The notes under the pieces: model-generated | Databases searched by the model: none | The model's input: only the letters and a program-made list of their open reading frames with translations | Told to the model about the DNA's origin: nothing | Shown: piece by piece, positions 48,130 to 57,400 of the stretch | Position numbering within the stretch: position 1 is the stretch's first letter | Layout: each line of letters starts with the position of its first letter | Position numbers and translations under genes: made by a program | Source: a virus | Strand: one strand, 5' to 3' | DNA length: 64,000 bases | Virus record (IMG/VR): IMGVR_UViG_3300020421_000003

Positions 48130-48484
48130 CACGCAACTCCTTACGCCACGCCTGTAGTTTATCTTCCATAGTCTGTAGGATCATCATGAGATTCAATCCA
48201 CCAGAATACTCCTGTGACAAGAGATCAATGCGATCCTTGACAAACTTTGCTTCATTATCCTCATCATCAGTAGGATCTAACCCATGAGATGCTAATGCCA
48301 AGCGTGAGTAGAATACTTTCTGCTTGGCAATTAACTCTAGGGTCTTCTCCACATGCTCCAATCGTTGTGCTGGATCAAACTCTTTAAGACCAGCAGACAT
48401 CTTCAGGAGTTCTGTATAACACTCCTGAATCTCTTCTACTTCGTCTTTTACTACGTCGCTCTTGAAAAAATCGTTGTCAGTCAT
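48116..48484 (-). CDS. DUF1825-like protein
   Basis: FF.SD.V..E...I...Y, LI.KQKVFY.RL.L. Confidence 0.65.
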   Translation of the reverse strand: MTDNDFFKSDVVKDEVEEIQECYTELLKMSAGLKEFDPAQRLEHVEKTLELIAKQKVFYSRLALASHGLDPTDDEDNEAKFVKDRIDLLSQEYSGGLNLMMILQTMEDKLQAWRKELRDAKS

Positions 48485-48726
48485 AGTGGCAGGATACCTC
48501 TGCTCGTCCGTTTAATGTAGTTTAATTGCTGTGCGTCCCATTTAATTTTGTCCTTGAGTGGTTTGGAGATGAGTTTACTTACAGTTTCAACTTCAATCTC
48601 AAACTCCTCGCAAACAGATGCGACTGCTTCTATGTAGTTGATCAGTCCTTGGGACTCTTTGACTCGCATTTCTACGAGAGAGGTAAACTTACCTTGAGTC
48701 ATGAATTTTTCTTCAATCTCTTTCAT
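48481..48726 (-). CDS. gp33: late transcription coactivator
   Basis: INYIEA...CEE.EIEVE.V.KLISKPLK.KI..DA..LNYIK. Confidence 0.85.
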   Translation of the reverse strand: MKEIEEKFMTQGKFTSLVEMRVKESQGLINYIEAVASVCEEFEIEVETVSKLISKPLKDKIKWDAQQLNYIKRTSRGILPL

Positions 48727-49397
48727 TTAAGTCCCTCGACATAGTAACGATACTCCTCGATCCATTTGATAAGGGTATCCATATAAGGTATCTTATCATA
48801 CTTCTCTACAATTTGCATCTGTCCGTCTTCTGCAACAGATAATGTAACAAGTTTGTCTACCTCAACACCAGTCATCTCATAATACATGTAAGCATATGCT
48901 GCTTCCTGCACAAAGTATGACCTGAGATACTCCTCCTTCTTGATCCTAGTTGTAGTCTTGAAGTCAATGATTGCTAGAGAGTTATCAAACTCAGCAATAC
49001 AATCAACCCTACCAGCAAGACCCAACTTAAGAGAATGAAGAGGGGCTTCAATACAATGAATGTTAGAAATACGATCAAGATCCTTACGAGCAAACCCGAA
49101 AAGGTACTTGGGAAGACCTTTGCTTTCTTTAATTTTCTCCAAGTCATTGTTTAGATAGTGCTCCACGATGGTATGGTATTGGGTGCCACGCCACGATGCA
49201 GCACGGCGGACACGCTCTGCCTCAGTGTATCCTACTCGCTTCTCCCAGGCAAGGATACCTGACTTAGTATTATGACCGACAACAGTTGTGACGCTAGGCA
49301 TCCAACCACTATCGGTCTTATAGAATCTTCCGTGAGGAAGGGTCCTACTCTCCAACTCTTTGAGGGGAGCAGCAGGACCCACATAATTAAAAGACAT
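48723..49397 (-). CDS. PD-(D/E)xK exonuclease
   Basis: PSVTTV, RGT.YH, E..L.S..L.LAGRVDCIAE, IIDFKT, YFVQ..AYA. Confidence 0.88.
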   Translation of the reverse strand: MSFNYVGPAAPLKELESRTLPHGRFYKTDSGWMPSVTTVVGHNTKSGILAWEKRVGYTEAERVRRAASWRGTQYHTIVEHYLNNDLEKIKESKGLPKYLFGFARKDLDRISNIHCIEAPLHSLKLGLAGRVDCIAEFDNSLAIIDFKTTTRIKKEEYLRSYFVQEAAYAYMYYEMTGVEVDKLVTLSVAEDGQMQIVEKYDKIPYMDTLIKWIEEYRYYVEGLK

Positions 49398-50162
49398 TCA
49401 CATTCCCATGTTAATTTTAGATACAAGATACTCTTTCACTAACCCAGACCTTACGATGTCCTCGATACCAAACTCAACACAGTCGAAGGATGGCATAGAT
49501 TGTAGGATCTTCATGAAGTCAAGCACACCATTGCGCTCATTAGATTTCAGTAGATCAGACTGGGAGTAGTCACCAGAGAAGATGATCTTAGCATCCTCAC
49601 CAACACGAGTGATAATGGAATCAAGCTCATGGAAGTTGAGATTACTAAACTCATCCACTATTATAATGCACCTGTCAAGTGTCACGCCACGAATGAATGA
49701 GGTAGACCAGAAAGAGACCGACTCTTGTGCTCTGAGGTTGGCATACAATGCTTCAAACGCATTGTCATCTGGCATCTCAAACATATACTTCACCATATTC
49801 TTGTATGGTATCTGGTATAGGTTTGCTTTGTCCTCATGATCACCTGGCAAGAAACCAATCTCTCTCGTAGGCACCAGCGATCGGACCATGTATACCTTAT
49901 CGTATGGAGTCTCTGGGTCCAGGACCTCACGCAATGCCAAGTAAAGACTAATAAAAGTCTTGCCTGTGCCAGCGGCACCATGCAGGACTAGATTCTTACC
50001 TTCAGCGAAAGAGTTGAAGATAGTCTCTTGATTGTCTGTGAGTGGATTAATCTGCTTGAGATGCTCAAGATTGATAGGTTTCTTTCTTCTCATTTGCTTA
50101 GCTGTGAGTGTCTCCAGTTTCATGGAGCGACGACGTGTCTTGGACTTGACAGATGTTGGCAT
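49398..50162 (-). CDS. phoH: PhoH-family ATPase
   Basis: GAAGTGKT, REIGFLPG, FIRGVTL, IVDEF.N, GD..QSDL, DIVRSGLV. Confidence 0.95.
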   Translation of the reverse strand: MPTSVKSKTRRRSMKLETLTAKQMRRKKPINLEHLKQINPLTDNQETIFNSFAEGKNLVLHGAAGTGKTFISLYLALREVLDPETPYDKVYMVRSLVPTREIGFLPGDHEDKANLYQIPYKNMVKYMFEMPDDNAFEALYANLRAQESVSFWSTSFIRGVTLDRCIIIVDEFSNLNFHELDSIITRVGEDAKIIFSGDYSQSDLLKSNERNGVLDFMKILQSMPSFDCVEFGIEDIVRSGLVKEYLVSKINMGM

Positions 50163-50174
50163 AGAGGGTGTTGG

Positions 50175-50405
50175 TTAGGTGTAACGGGATAGATTTGCTC
50201 GGGGATGATCGGCTTGCATCTTCTGCATAACCTCCTTGAAACCATCCGACTGCTTGGGCTCGCCGTAAGTGGTGCCAGCGACACCTGCTTGCCAATCTTT
50301 GTCCCAGTCGGGATTCTCTTCACGCCAGCGACTGTATTCAGTCATTGACATTCTAAATTGTTTTTTCTTACCCGTTTTAAGATTCTTTACATTGTATGTA
50401 GGCAT
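50175..50405 (-). CDS. hypothetical protein (FmdB-like, Cys-less)
   Basis: MPTY...N.KTG, GFKEVM.K; usual neighbour of phoH. Confidence 0.65.
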   Translation of the reverse strand: MPTYNVKNLKTGKKKQFRMSMTEYSRWREENPDWDKDWQAGVAGTTYGEPKQSDGFKEVMQKMQADHPRANLSRYT

Positions 50406-50584
50406 TACAAACTCCTGCTCTGTGGCATAACTGTGCTACAAATATACTTAGCGGTAGGTATGTCTGACTCAAAGAGTTGCTTTGATTCCGACTGTGACCG
50501 TGCTTCAACGATCTTATAGTGACGACGATTACCTGTAGCGGGTAGCGAATAGGTAATCATGTATCGAATTAGTTTGAAACCCAT
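50405..50584 (-). CDS. small hypothetical protein (59 aa)
   Basis: MGFKLIRYMITYSLP...; TAATG coupling at both ends. Confidence 0.6.
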   Translation of the reverse strand: MGFKLIRYMITYSLPATGNRRHYKIVEARSQSESKQLFESDIPTAKYICSTVMPQSRSL

Positions 50585-51321
50585 TAGTCAATCCTCAAAC
50601 ATGGTTGTAGGTCTTGCCAGTAAGTATCACTATCCTTACACCCACAGTCCTCATCAGGACACCAGTCAAGTGCCTTAGAGATGGTAGGAAACTGACAGAT
50701 GAAATGCTTCTGACATAGTTTAGCGATGTCCATGTGCTCCTGCTGTGTGCCATTAGCAGACCTCAGTTGGATGTAATGGACCCATGAACGCACAGAGCCC
50801 GTCATGAAAATTCTGGTGGGCGCAGCGAGGGGAAGCACAAAACGAGCACACTCCTTTGCAATACCTTCACGCAGCAATTCATTGTAAAGATCCATTCCTT
50901 CAGCAAAGTATTGATGGATGCGTCCTTGCAGGAATGCTTTCTGCTTCTCATCCACACCGTCAATACTATTCTGACGATTCTTACTGTCCTGCAGTCGCAG
51001 ATCAGGCACCTCAATCATGTCACTCAGCAGATTAGTATCTGCATAGCGTTGTGAGAATTCTTGATAGGTGAAAGACCTATGCCTCAGGATCTGAGCTGCC
51101 AGTCCCCTGGTAGTGTTGATCTCAAGCGTCATGAATGCTTGCTCAAAGACACTCCAGTGCCCATGCTTGATGCAATACTTCAGTAGACCAGCAACCTCAG
51201 GGTTGTCCTGGTTGTTTGGGTTGCTCACGCGAGCAACATATCCCATGTGCTTCTCAGCATCAGGGGTCACAGATACCATGCAGACCTTGGAGGAGTGCTC
51301 CGTAGGGGTTATTTTAGTCAT
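50584..51321 (-). CDS. thyX: flavin-dependent thymidylate synthase
   Basis: H.SVFE, QILRHRSFTYQEFSQRY, KECARFVLP, TQ.EH. Confidence 0.95.
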   Translation of the reverse strand: MTKITPTEHSSKVCMVSVTPDAEKHMGYVARVSNPNNQDNPEVAGLLKYCIKHGHWSVFEQAFMTLEINTTRGLAAQILRHRSFTYQEFSQRYADTNLLSDMIEVPDLRLQDSKNRQNSIDGVDEKQKAFLQGRIHQYFAEGMDLYNELLREGIAKECARFVLPLAAPTRIFMTGSVRSWVHYIQLRSANGTQQEHMDIAKLCQKHFICQFPTISKALDWCPDEDCGCKDSDTYWQDLQPCLRID

Positions 51322-51616
51322 TCTTAGGGATAAGCAGGCGAGAGATAACGATTAGTCCCATGCTTGTCCAATAGGTTAGCACAGGTAGTGCAAAAAGTCC
51401 TGGCATAAACATATTCCAGATAAACATCAGCACCAGTGGTGAGATGAAGAGGGTGCCGAGTCCTGCAACAATAGATTTACCCATCTCAATGTTGTCCAAT
51501 TTCTCCTGCTCCTCTTCCTCTTTTTTCAGGGCAGCATCCACTGCTGCCTTCATGTCTTCAATCTGCTGCTCAGCAGACTGTCTAGGGTCGAAGTAAACTT
51601 GATCTCCTTTAGTCAT
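51314..51616 (-). CDS. membrane hypothetical protein
   Basis: C-terminal hydrophobic helices (WN..MP.LF.LP.L.YW). Confidence 0.6.
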   Translation of the reverse strand: MTKGDQVYFDPRQSAEQQIEDMKAAVDAALKKEEEEQEKLDNIEMGKSIVAGLGTLFISPLVLMFIWNMFMPGLFALPVLTYWTSMGLIVISRLLIPKND

Positions 51617-51891
51617 CCTTTGCCCTTGGTTACCTTTGCTTTTGGTGAGTTTGGATCTTGCCATAGTTTGGGACTGATTCTTCCTTCGGTTTGTTTATAC
51701 CATTTCAAATCATGCTTATACTTGTCCCAGTAATGGTCAAAGATATCAACATTTTTTGCGCTGGTAACGATGTCGTAGTGCTCTTTACCTTCAAGCAAAT
51801 AGCAGACAATGAATGCAGAAGTAGGCAAGGACCTGTCTTCTGCTAGCGTGGGATCACAATCTGAGTGTAAGGTTTTGATCTTACTGCTCAT
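51613..51891 (-). CDS. hypothetical protein
   Basis: CDP.LA.DRSLP...IFDHYWDKY...QTEGRI.PKLW. Confidence 0.7.
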   Translation of the reverse strand: MSSKIKTLHSDCDPTLAEDRSLPTSAFIVCYLLEGKEHYDIVTSAKNVDIFDHYWDKYKHDLKWYKQTEGRISPKLWQDPNSPKAKVTKGKG

Positions 51892-52328
51892 CGTGCTCTG
51901 CCTCCCCATTCGATGGAAGGGAAAGCTTCTTTTACTACTGCGAGTGTGATGCGATACTTCTTATGGAGTGTCTTATTCACTGCTTTGATAAGGATCTCTG
52001 CTTCCGTTGCATGTAGTCCTTCAAGCATCTGAATAAACATATTCTCAATCTTCATCCCAGGCAGTGTGTCGTCACCACCCTTAAAGAATCGATAGAGTTT
52101 CTTACCCTCCTTCTCCAGCAGCGTGTGCTCAGTGCCAACAGGTGCTTCGTTAGGACGGTAGGGGACATCTTCACCCATAGGGACACGAGGCTCGATGCTC
52201 TCATCAAAGTTGATGATAAAGATAGACCTCAGTGTCTGGGTGTTGTTGTCTTGCAAGATTTTAATCTTTGCTGCTTTCGTCTTAGCATTATGTGCTTTCT
52301 GAAGCACTTCAGAAATCATCAGTTTCAT
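51888..52328 (-). CDS. conserved T4-like hypothetical protein
   Basis: ISEVLQKAHNAKTK..KI, E.MFIQMLEGLH..EAE. Confidence 0.75.
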   Translation of the reverse strand: MKLMISEVLQKAHNAKTKAAKIKILQDNNTQTLRSIFIINFDESIEPRVPMGEDVPYRPNEAPVGTEHTLLEKEGKKLYRFFKGGDDTLPGMKIENMFIQMLEGLHATEAEILIKAVNKTLHKKYRITLAVVKEAFPSIEWGGRAR

Positions 52329-52350
52329 GGTTTAGATAGTAAGTTTACAT

Positions 52351-52587
52351 TCACTCTTCGTCATCAATCATATCATCTTCATCTGCAATCCGCAAGTAGA
52401 GGAGCTCAGCTGGGTCTGCCATGCCATCTTCACCCTGCATTTCAGGGTGCATAACAACAGCAGCATACTCTGCTCTATCTAACCACAGATCAAACACATG
52501 CTTCAGATTCCAAGATGCGATAAACCCTAGAAGAAATGATCCTAGGGTCAGAAAGAAGGCAATGTACAGAAATGTAAGATCAGCCAT
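52351..52587 (-). CDS. membrane hypothetical protein
   Basis: N-terminal TM helix, HPEM motif; AAGGAGG RBS. Confidence 0.7.
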   Translation of the reverse strand: MADLTFLYIAFFLTLGSFLLGFIASWNLKHVFDLWLDRAEYAAVVMHPEMQGEDGMADPAELLYLRIADEDDMIDDEE

Positions 52588-52612
52588 GATGCCTCCTTAA
52601 GTCTTGTTAAAA

Positions 52613-52966
52613 TTATTTAGCAACCTTCTTGCGCCTTCCAGGTTTCCTCTCGGCATGATACCTCCAAGAGTCTTCCAGGATACCGTAAAGGTAGTCTCTG
52701 ATCTTTCTTGCTTTGGGTTTGGGGATGTGACCATACGCTTCGCGTAGCACTTTGTCCCCTCCTTTGATGTAACCATTCAACTCCTCCACGGTGTTACTCA
52801 GTTGTGCTGCAGTGGATGACTCAATGAAATCATTTGTCTCACGTCGTGTCCACTTTGCTGCCTTGAGATAGTTGTACATCTTGAATAAAAATTTCTGGTT
52901 GAGCATTGCCTCATCGAGTGCTCGCTCGACCAGTTGATAGACTTCAGTTGTGTCTCTTGTCTTCAC
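52613..52966 (-). CDS. hypothetical protein
   Basis: LREAYGHIPKPKARKI..YL. Confidence 0.75.
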   Translation of the reverse strand: MKTRDTTEVYQLVERALDEAMLNQKFLFKMYNYLKAAKWTRRETNDFIESSTAAQLSNTVEELNGYIKGGDKVLREAYGHIPKPKARKIRDYLYGILEDSWRYHAERKPGRRKKVAK

Positions 52967-53211
52967 AGTAGGTTGTTTTCTCTCAGATACTTAACAGTTT
53001 CAGTGCATCCACCCATCTGGCGTCCATTGATTAGGACTTGGGGGAAGGTAGCACCATTACCAAACTCTTTATAGAATTGGTCTCTTGTAAAGTTAACATT
53101 CAAAGTGAATTCTGAAAAGGGGTAACCTTTCATTCGATACACTTCTTTAATCTTAGTGCAGAAAGGACACCCAGGTCGTGTGTAAATTGCTGTGTTGCCA
53201 GGTTTTGCCAT
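52963..53211 (-). CDS. nrdC: glutaredoxin
   Basis: CPFC active site, TFPQV, GGC. Confidence 0.9.
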   Translation of the reverse strand: MAKPGNTAIYTRPGCPFCTKIKEVYRMKGYPFSEFTLNVNFTRDQFYKEFGNGATFPQVLINGRQMGGCTETVKYLRENNLL

Positions 53212-53231
53212 CGTAATATATGTTGAAGAAT

Positions 53232-53254
53232 AAAAAAGGGTCCCGAAGGACCCT
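53232..53254 (-). terminator. intrinsic terminator with UUCG loop
   Basis: AGGGTCC-TTCG-GGACCCT followed by a T-run. Confidence 0.85.
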
Positions 53255-53287
53255 CAACAGAGCATCAGATTCCGTCTAGATTATATA

Positions 53288-53665
53288 TCAGAAGGAATAC
53301 TTCAAACCCACTTTAGCACCATAGCCACGATCGATGTCGTCGTCGCCAGATCCCACGAAGGAGACCTCACCATATGCACCCAGTGCATCGGTCACGCCAA
53401 CACCCAGACCTGCCTTACCAGAAGGCACGGTGTCGCTTTCGCCACCGTCAGGACTGACCAGGGTAGCGCCCCCTTGGACATAGTATGAAGCAGATTCGCC
53501 CAGGGCACCTTCGTAACCTACGTGAAAATCTGTATTTGCCCCAGTGTAATCCGCGCCTGACCAACCAGCGTTGGTTTCCACGTTGACGTAGGGACCTGCC
53601 AGGGCAGCAGACGGAGCCACGATTGCAGCAGCGGCGGCGAGAGTTGCGATTGCAGTTTTGATCAT
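53288..53665 (-). CDS. small outer-membrane beta-barrel protein
   Basis: Signal peptide (..SAALA), AGPYVNVE.N.G, alternating beta strands, C-terminal KYSF. Confidence 0.75.
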   Translation of the reverse strand: MIKTAIATLAAAAAIVAPSAALAGPYVNVETNAGWSGADYTGANTDFHVGYEGALGESASYYVQGGATLVSPDGGESDTVPSGKAGLGVGVTDALGAYGEVSFVGSGDDDIDRGYGAKVGLKYSF

Positions 53666-53782
53666 TTGGTATTTACCTCTTAGTGTTTTTCTTGTGGAGT
53701 GATTACCCACAGATGATAGGGGATTCGACTCTCCCCGTGTGTAGACTGTAACAATTCGTAACCATGGTGAGTCACGAATGGT

Positions 53783-53813
53783 TATTTATAACAGATTAAT
53801 CTTGAAATGTCAA
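53783..53813 (-). promoter_or_regulatory. overlapping sigma70-type and late promoter
   Basis: TTGACA-17nt-TATAAA with extended TG; the -10 also reads TATAAATA. Confidence 0.7.
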
Positions 53814-54028
53814 TCCCTTGTGCCAGTTGGACAACGGTTAACCTTCTTGATCAACTGCTCGGACAGATCATAGTATAGGGCGTGGCATTCTGTCAAGATA
53901 TAGTATCCAGTGAGGGACACTCCATCATCTGTCCATCCATAGGTGATTATGCGCTCATGCACGTCATCTGAATCCAGAAGTTTATCGGTATTAAGATAGT
54001 GGTTATACTTCTGGTGCAGATTGATCAT
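53810..54028 (-). CDS. hypothetical protein
   Basis: 72-aa ORF overlapping the upstream gene. Confidence 0.6.
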   Translation of the reverse strand: MINLHQKYNHYLNTDKLLDSDDVHERIITYGWTDDGVSLTGYYILTECHALYYDLSEQLIKKVNRCPTGTRD

Positions 54029-54407
54029 GGTCTGTAACTTCCTTGGACTTACTAATTATATCACGAATCTCTGACATTTGTCCAGTCGTTAGATTCTCTT
54101 CAGGTTGAGTAACATCTTCTTGGGTGTCCTCTGCAGGGGAGAGTGACCTCTGGACTGCCTCCAGGTCTTCTAGCATACCAACAGGCACAAATCCACCACC
54201 AAATGCTTGAGTCTTGCCAGGTTTGTGATCCATACCCTGCACCTCTGCAAGGTTAGACCTCCAATACTTCTGCATTTTCTTCATCATCTTCTTACGACCC
54301 TTGGGATCGTCTTTATATTTCTCGATGATCTTCCTGAGTGCTTTCAACTCACGGGAGGTTTTCTCCATGGACCTCTCTGCGTGTCCAGTATTACCAAATC
54401 CTGCCAT
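54003..54407 (-). CDS. hypothetical protein
   Basis: 134-aa ORF with basic N-terminus, follows the large virion gene. Confidence 0.6.
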   Translation of the reverse strand: MAGFGNTGHAERSMEKTSRELKALRKIIEKYKDDPKGRKKMMKKMQKYWRSNLAEVQGMDHKPGKTQAFGGGFVPVGMLEDLEAVQRSLSPAEDTQEDVTQPEENLTTGQMSEIRDIISKSKEVTDHDQSAPEV

Positions 54408-54409
54408 AA

Positions 54410-57400
54410 TTACGTCGTTTGTGTGATGATTAGTTTGAATTTAACTCGATGTTTGTCTCTATCAGAGCTAGTATACCACACAGGTGAGTTTTTGTTGTGT
54501 GATTCTTGATAGAATGCTTCCTTCGCTGTCCTCTTTTGATTCTCCTTCTCATAGAAGGCAGCAAGTTTACGAGGTAGTTTGAAGTTACCCTTCATATCTG
54601 GGTAGTAAGGTGATGTACCTGGATCTTCCATTGCATTATAGGCAGCATCATCAGATTGTCCACCACCACCGCTAGTAGTTAGGTCTGCAATTACCATCTC
54701 TGCATTTTTGTCAAATCCATTCGCTGCATTGTCATCCCATTGAATGGTCTGACCATTGTCTCTGATTCGGAAACCAGCAGTCTCACTCTGACCACTGATA
54801 GACCAAGTGTATTTGTTGCCACCTGTAACAGCGAAAGATCTGGATTGACTGCCACTGTTGTTGTTACCTTGATCAAATGTTTGACCTTCAATAGTCATTG
54901 ATCCAATTGCCTGACCTGAAGTATAAACATTGTCATCCCAGTCAAAGTCCAGAGTGATGGTGCCAGTGCCACTACCAGTTACCTCGATACCTTGTCCATC
55001 TGGTGTGAAGTATGCGCCTAGGGTGCCACTAGATCCAACGTTGTATCTCCTAGGTGGCCATGCAAGATCATACTCCTGCCCCTCAGAGTATCCTATACCC
55101 GCCTGCAGCACCTCTACGAGAGAGATGGCACACAACCACCTCTCAGGGTTATCAGCACCGCCTTGCGCCCTACCAGACTCGTTAGGGATTCCCTTGCTGG
55201 AGTAGAAGGTGAATGCAATCCTAACCTTTGCATACAGTTGAGATGCTACGTTCACATTCTCAACAGCATCATTCTCAAACTCATTACCATCTAGGTAGTA
55301 GTCCTGCATGAAAGTATTTGCACTAAAGAAGTTTGTGCCACCATCGAATACTGATGATGCTGCTGATCTAAGGTTAGCAACTTCATACCATGGTTTCTCT
55401 GCCCTAGCAAAACAGACAGGAGACTTGTTGAGGAAGGTGCTACGTTGAGGGATTGTGCCATCAACCTGATCGAAACGTGTGATCAGATGCCTTCTCACAA
55501 GGTCACCATAGTCACCACCCAACACCTGGATGCGATACCCCTGCTGTCCTCCTCTTTCATAGTTGGCTGCATCTTCCTCAGGATAACCTGTGTCAATGTA
55601 TCCACTATTAATAGCAGGCAGCAGAGGATTGTAGATATTTCTATCGTTGCCACCCAGAATTCCAGGGTTGCTCTGCAGTAGACCATGCATCGATGTCAAT
55701 GCATAGTTATTATATACCTTAGTAGATGCCTGCTTAGGACCAGAAGACTTCTTATTATCTCTAGCACTCTGGTGCCAAGAATCACCACTGTAACTACCTG
55801 CTCTCACCTTACCATCTGCCTTGGCATTGATTGAAGATCCATAGGATGGATAGAATTGCATATCAAATCCACTGATAGCACCAGCCTGTTGAATGACAAG
55901 CAACTCTGGGTTTGCCATCATCCTAGGACTGAGTGGTGTGTCACCTGATGCTGTGGTCAACTGAAGACCCCACTGCATCTCAAACTTACCTGTGTCTATA
56001 TTCCATAGAGCACAGTATGGTGTGATCGTTCCTGTAGGTGGACCAGTGATAATTGATATCAGTTTGAAGTTGAGTTTGTCTCCAGGAGCGAGGGAAATGA
56101 CGCCATCATAGAGGTCTTGCCCAATACTCGGCCATGACCCTGCATCATACCTGTCGTTAAATATCTGCGACCCATTCTTTTTCATCCTCATTTTGAATCT
56201 GATGCAGTCACCTGTGCTACCACCAGTGATACCACCGAAGGACTTCAACTTAAAGTTACCACCTGTGATCGTAGTAATAGTTTGGTCACGTCCTTGTGAG
56301 ATTGTATAGTCTCCTTCACACTTACCACACTCATGGTTTTCATCAAACTCACCAAATGTAATAGGTGAATCGTTACCACACTCCTGACGTTGTAGCACAA
56401 CATCCTTAAAGTTTTTCTTAAATGACTGAGGATCACATGGGTTAGACAGATCAATCTTCAGCATCACAGGCTCAGGTCTGTCGTCTGCAAACACATAGCA
56501 CTGGATACCCTCGTAAATGTAACCAGGATAAGCAGTAAACTCTACAGTATGCCAAAGGATCAGGTCATCGTAGTCATCGTCACCATCAATAAGGTCTTCC
56601 CACATCTGTTTGTTGGGACCCTTCCACTTGGTGTAGTCCTTCTCATCCTCAGGATTCCATTTCTTATCTGAGAAGAGAGCATAATTATTTTCCTTAGTGC
56701 TGATACCACTGCCCCTGAAACCAGGACCGTAACCACTAGAGTGAGAATTGAAGTTGAATGTCTGGTTGACACTCAGACTGTTTTGACCAGCGCCATCAGA
56801 CAGCAGGAAGAATCCCATGGTGCCACCCTTATATTGCTGCAACTCAGACTGACTGATTGTAATAGTGCTGGTCTCGTTACCACCACCCTCTTCAGCATTC
56901 TTAGCACTAGGCACAACGATCTTGCCCCACTTAGGACCATCTTTATCTGCTAGGTAGTAACCAAATGCATTGTCGTATCCTGCCTTACCCTTCTCAACAT
57001 CCATGCGGACGGTGAGATCGGTAGTGACCTTCTGAGGGATACGGTATGCAAACCTGCTCCGTGAGACCCTCTGAGGGATGGTGTTGTTCTGTGGGTCAAT
57101 TGTATACCTATGGTCACCCGTGGAGGGATTGTAGAAGCGATGAAGTCCCCACAGTTTTTCCTTATCAGCAATGAATTCAATGCCATCAGGTTTCTTTTGG
57201 AAGACATACCCCAGGATACTATGGAAGACCATGCCTGCCTGATTCATGGTGTCTCTCTCACCAGGACCCTGAGTATCAGGAGCACCAGGGTTAGTAGTCA
57301 GAAAATAATCATGAGGATTGCTACCTTTATACTTAAACAGAGGCACACTTCTATCTCTTGTCTCAGATCCAAGGATGACTGCAGTGATATTCATCACCCT

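Noticed and set aside
48723-49397. Cas4-like nuclease suggesting CRISPR
   Set aside because: No Fe-S Cys cluster and no array; it is the usual exonuclease between phoH and gp33.
53700-53740. GAGTCGAATCCC resembling a tRNA T-arm
   Set aside because: No acceptor, D or anticodon arms can be built; treated as a leader hairpin.
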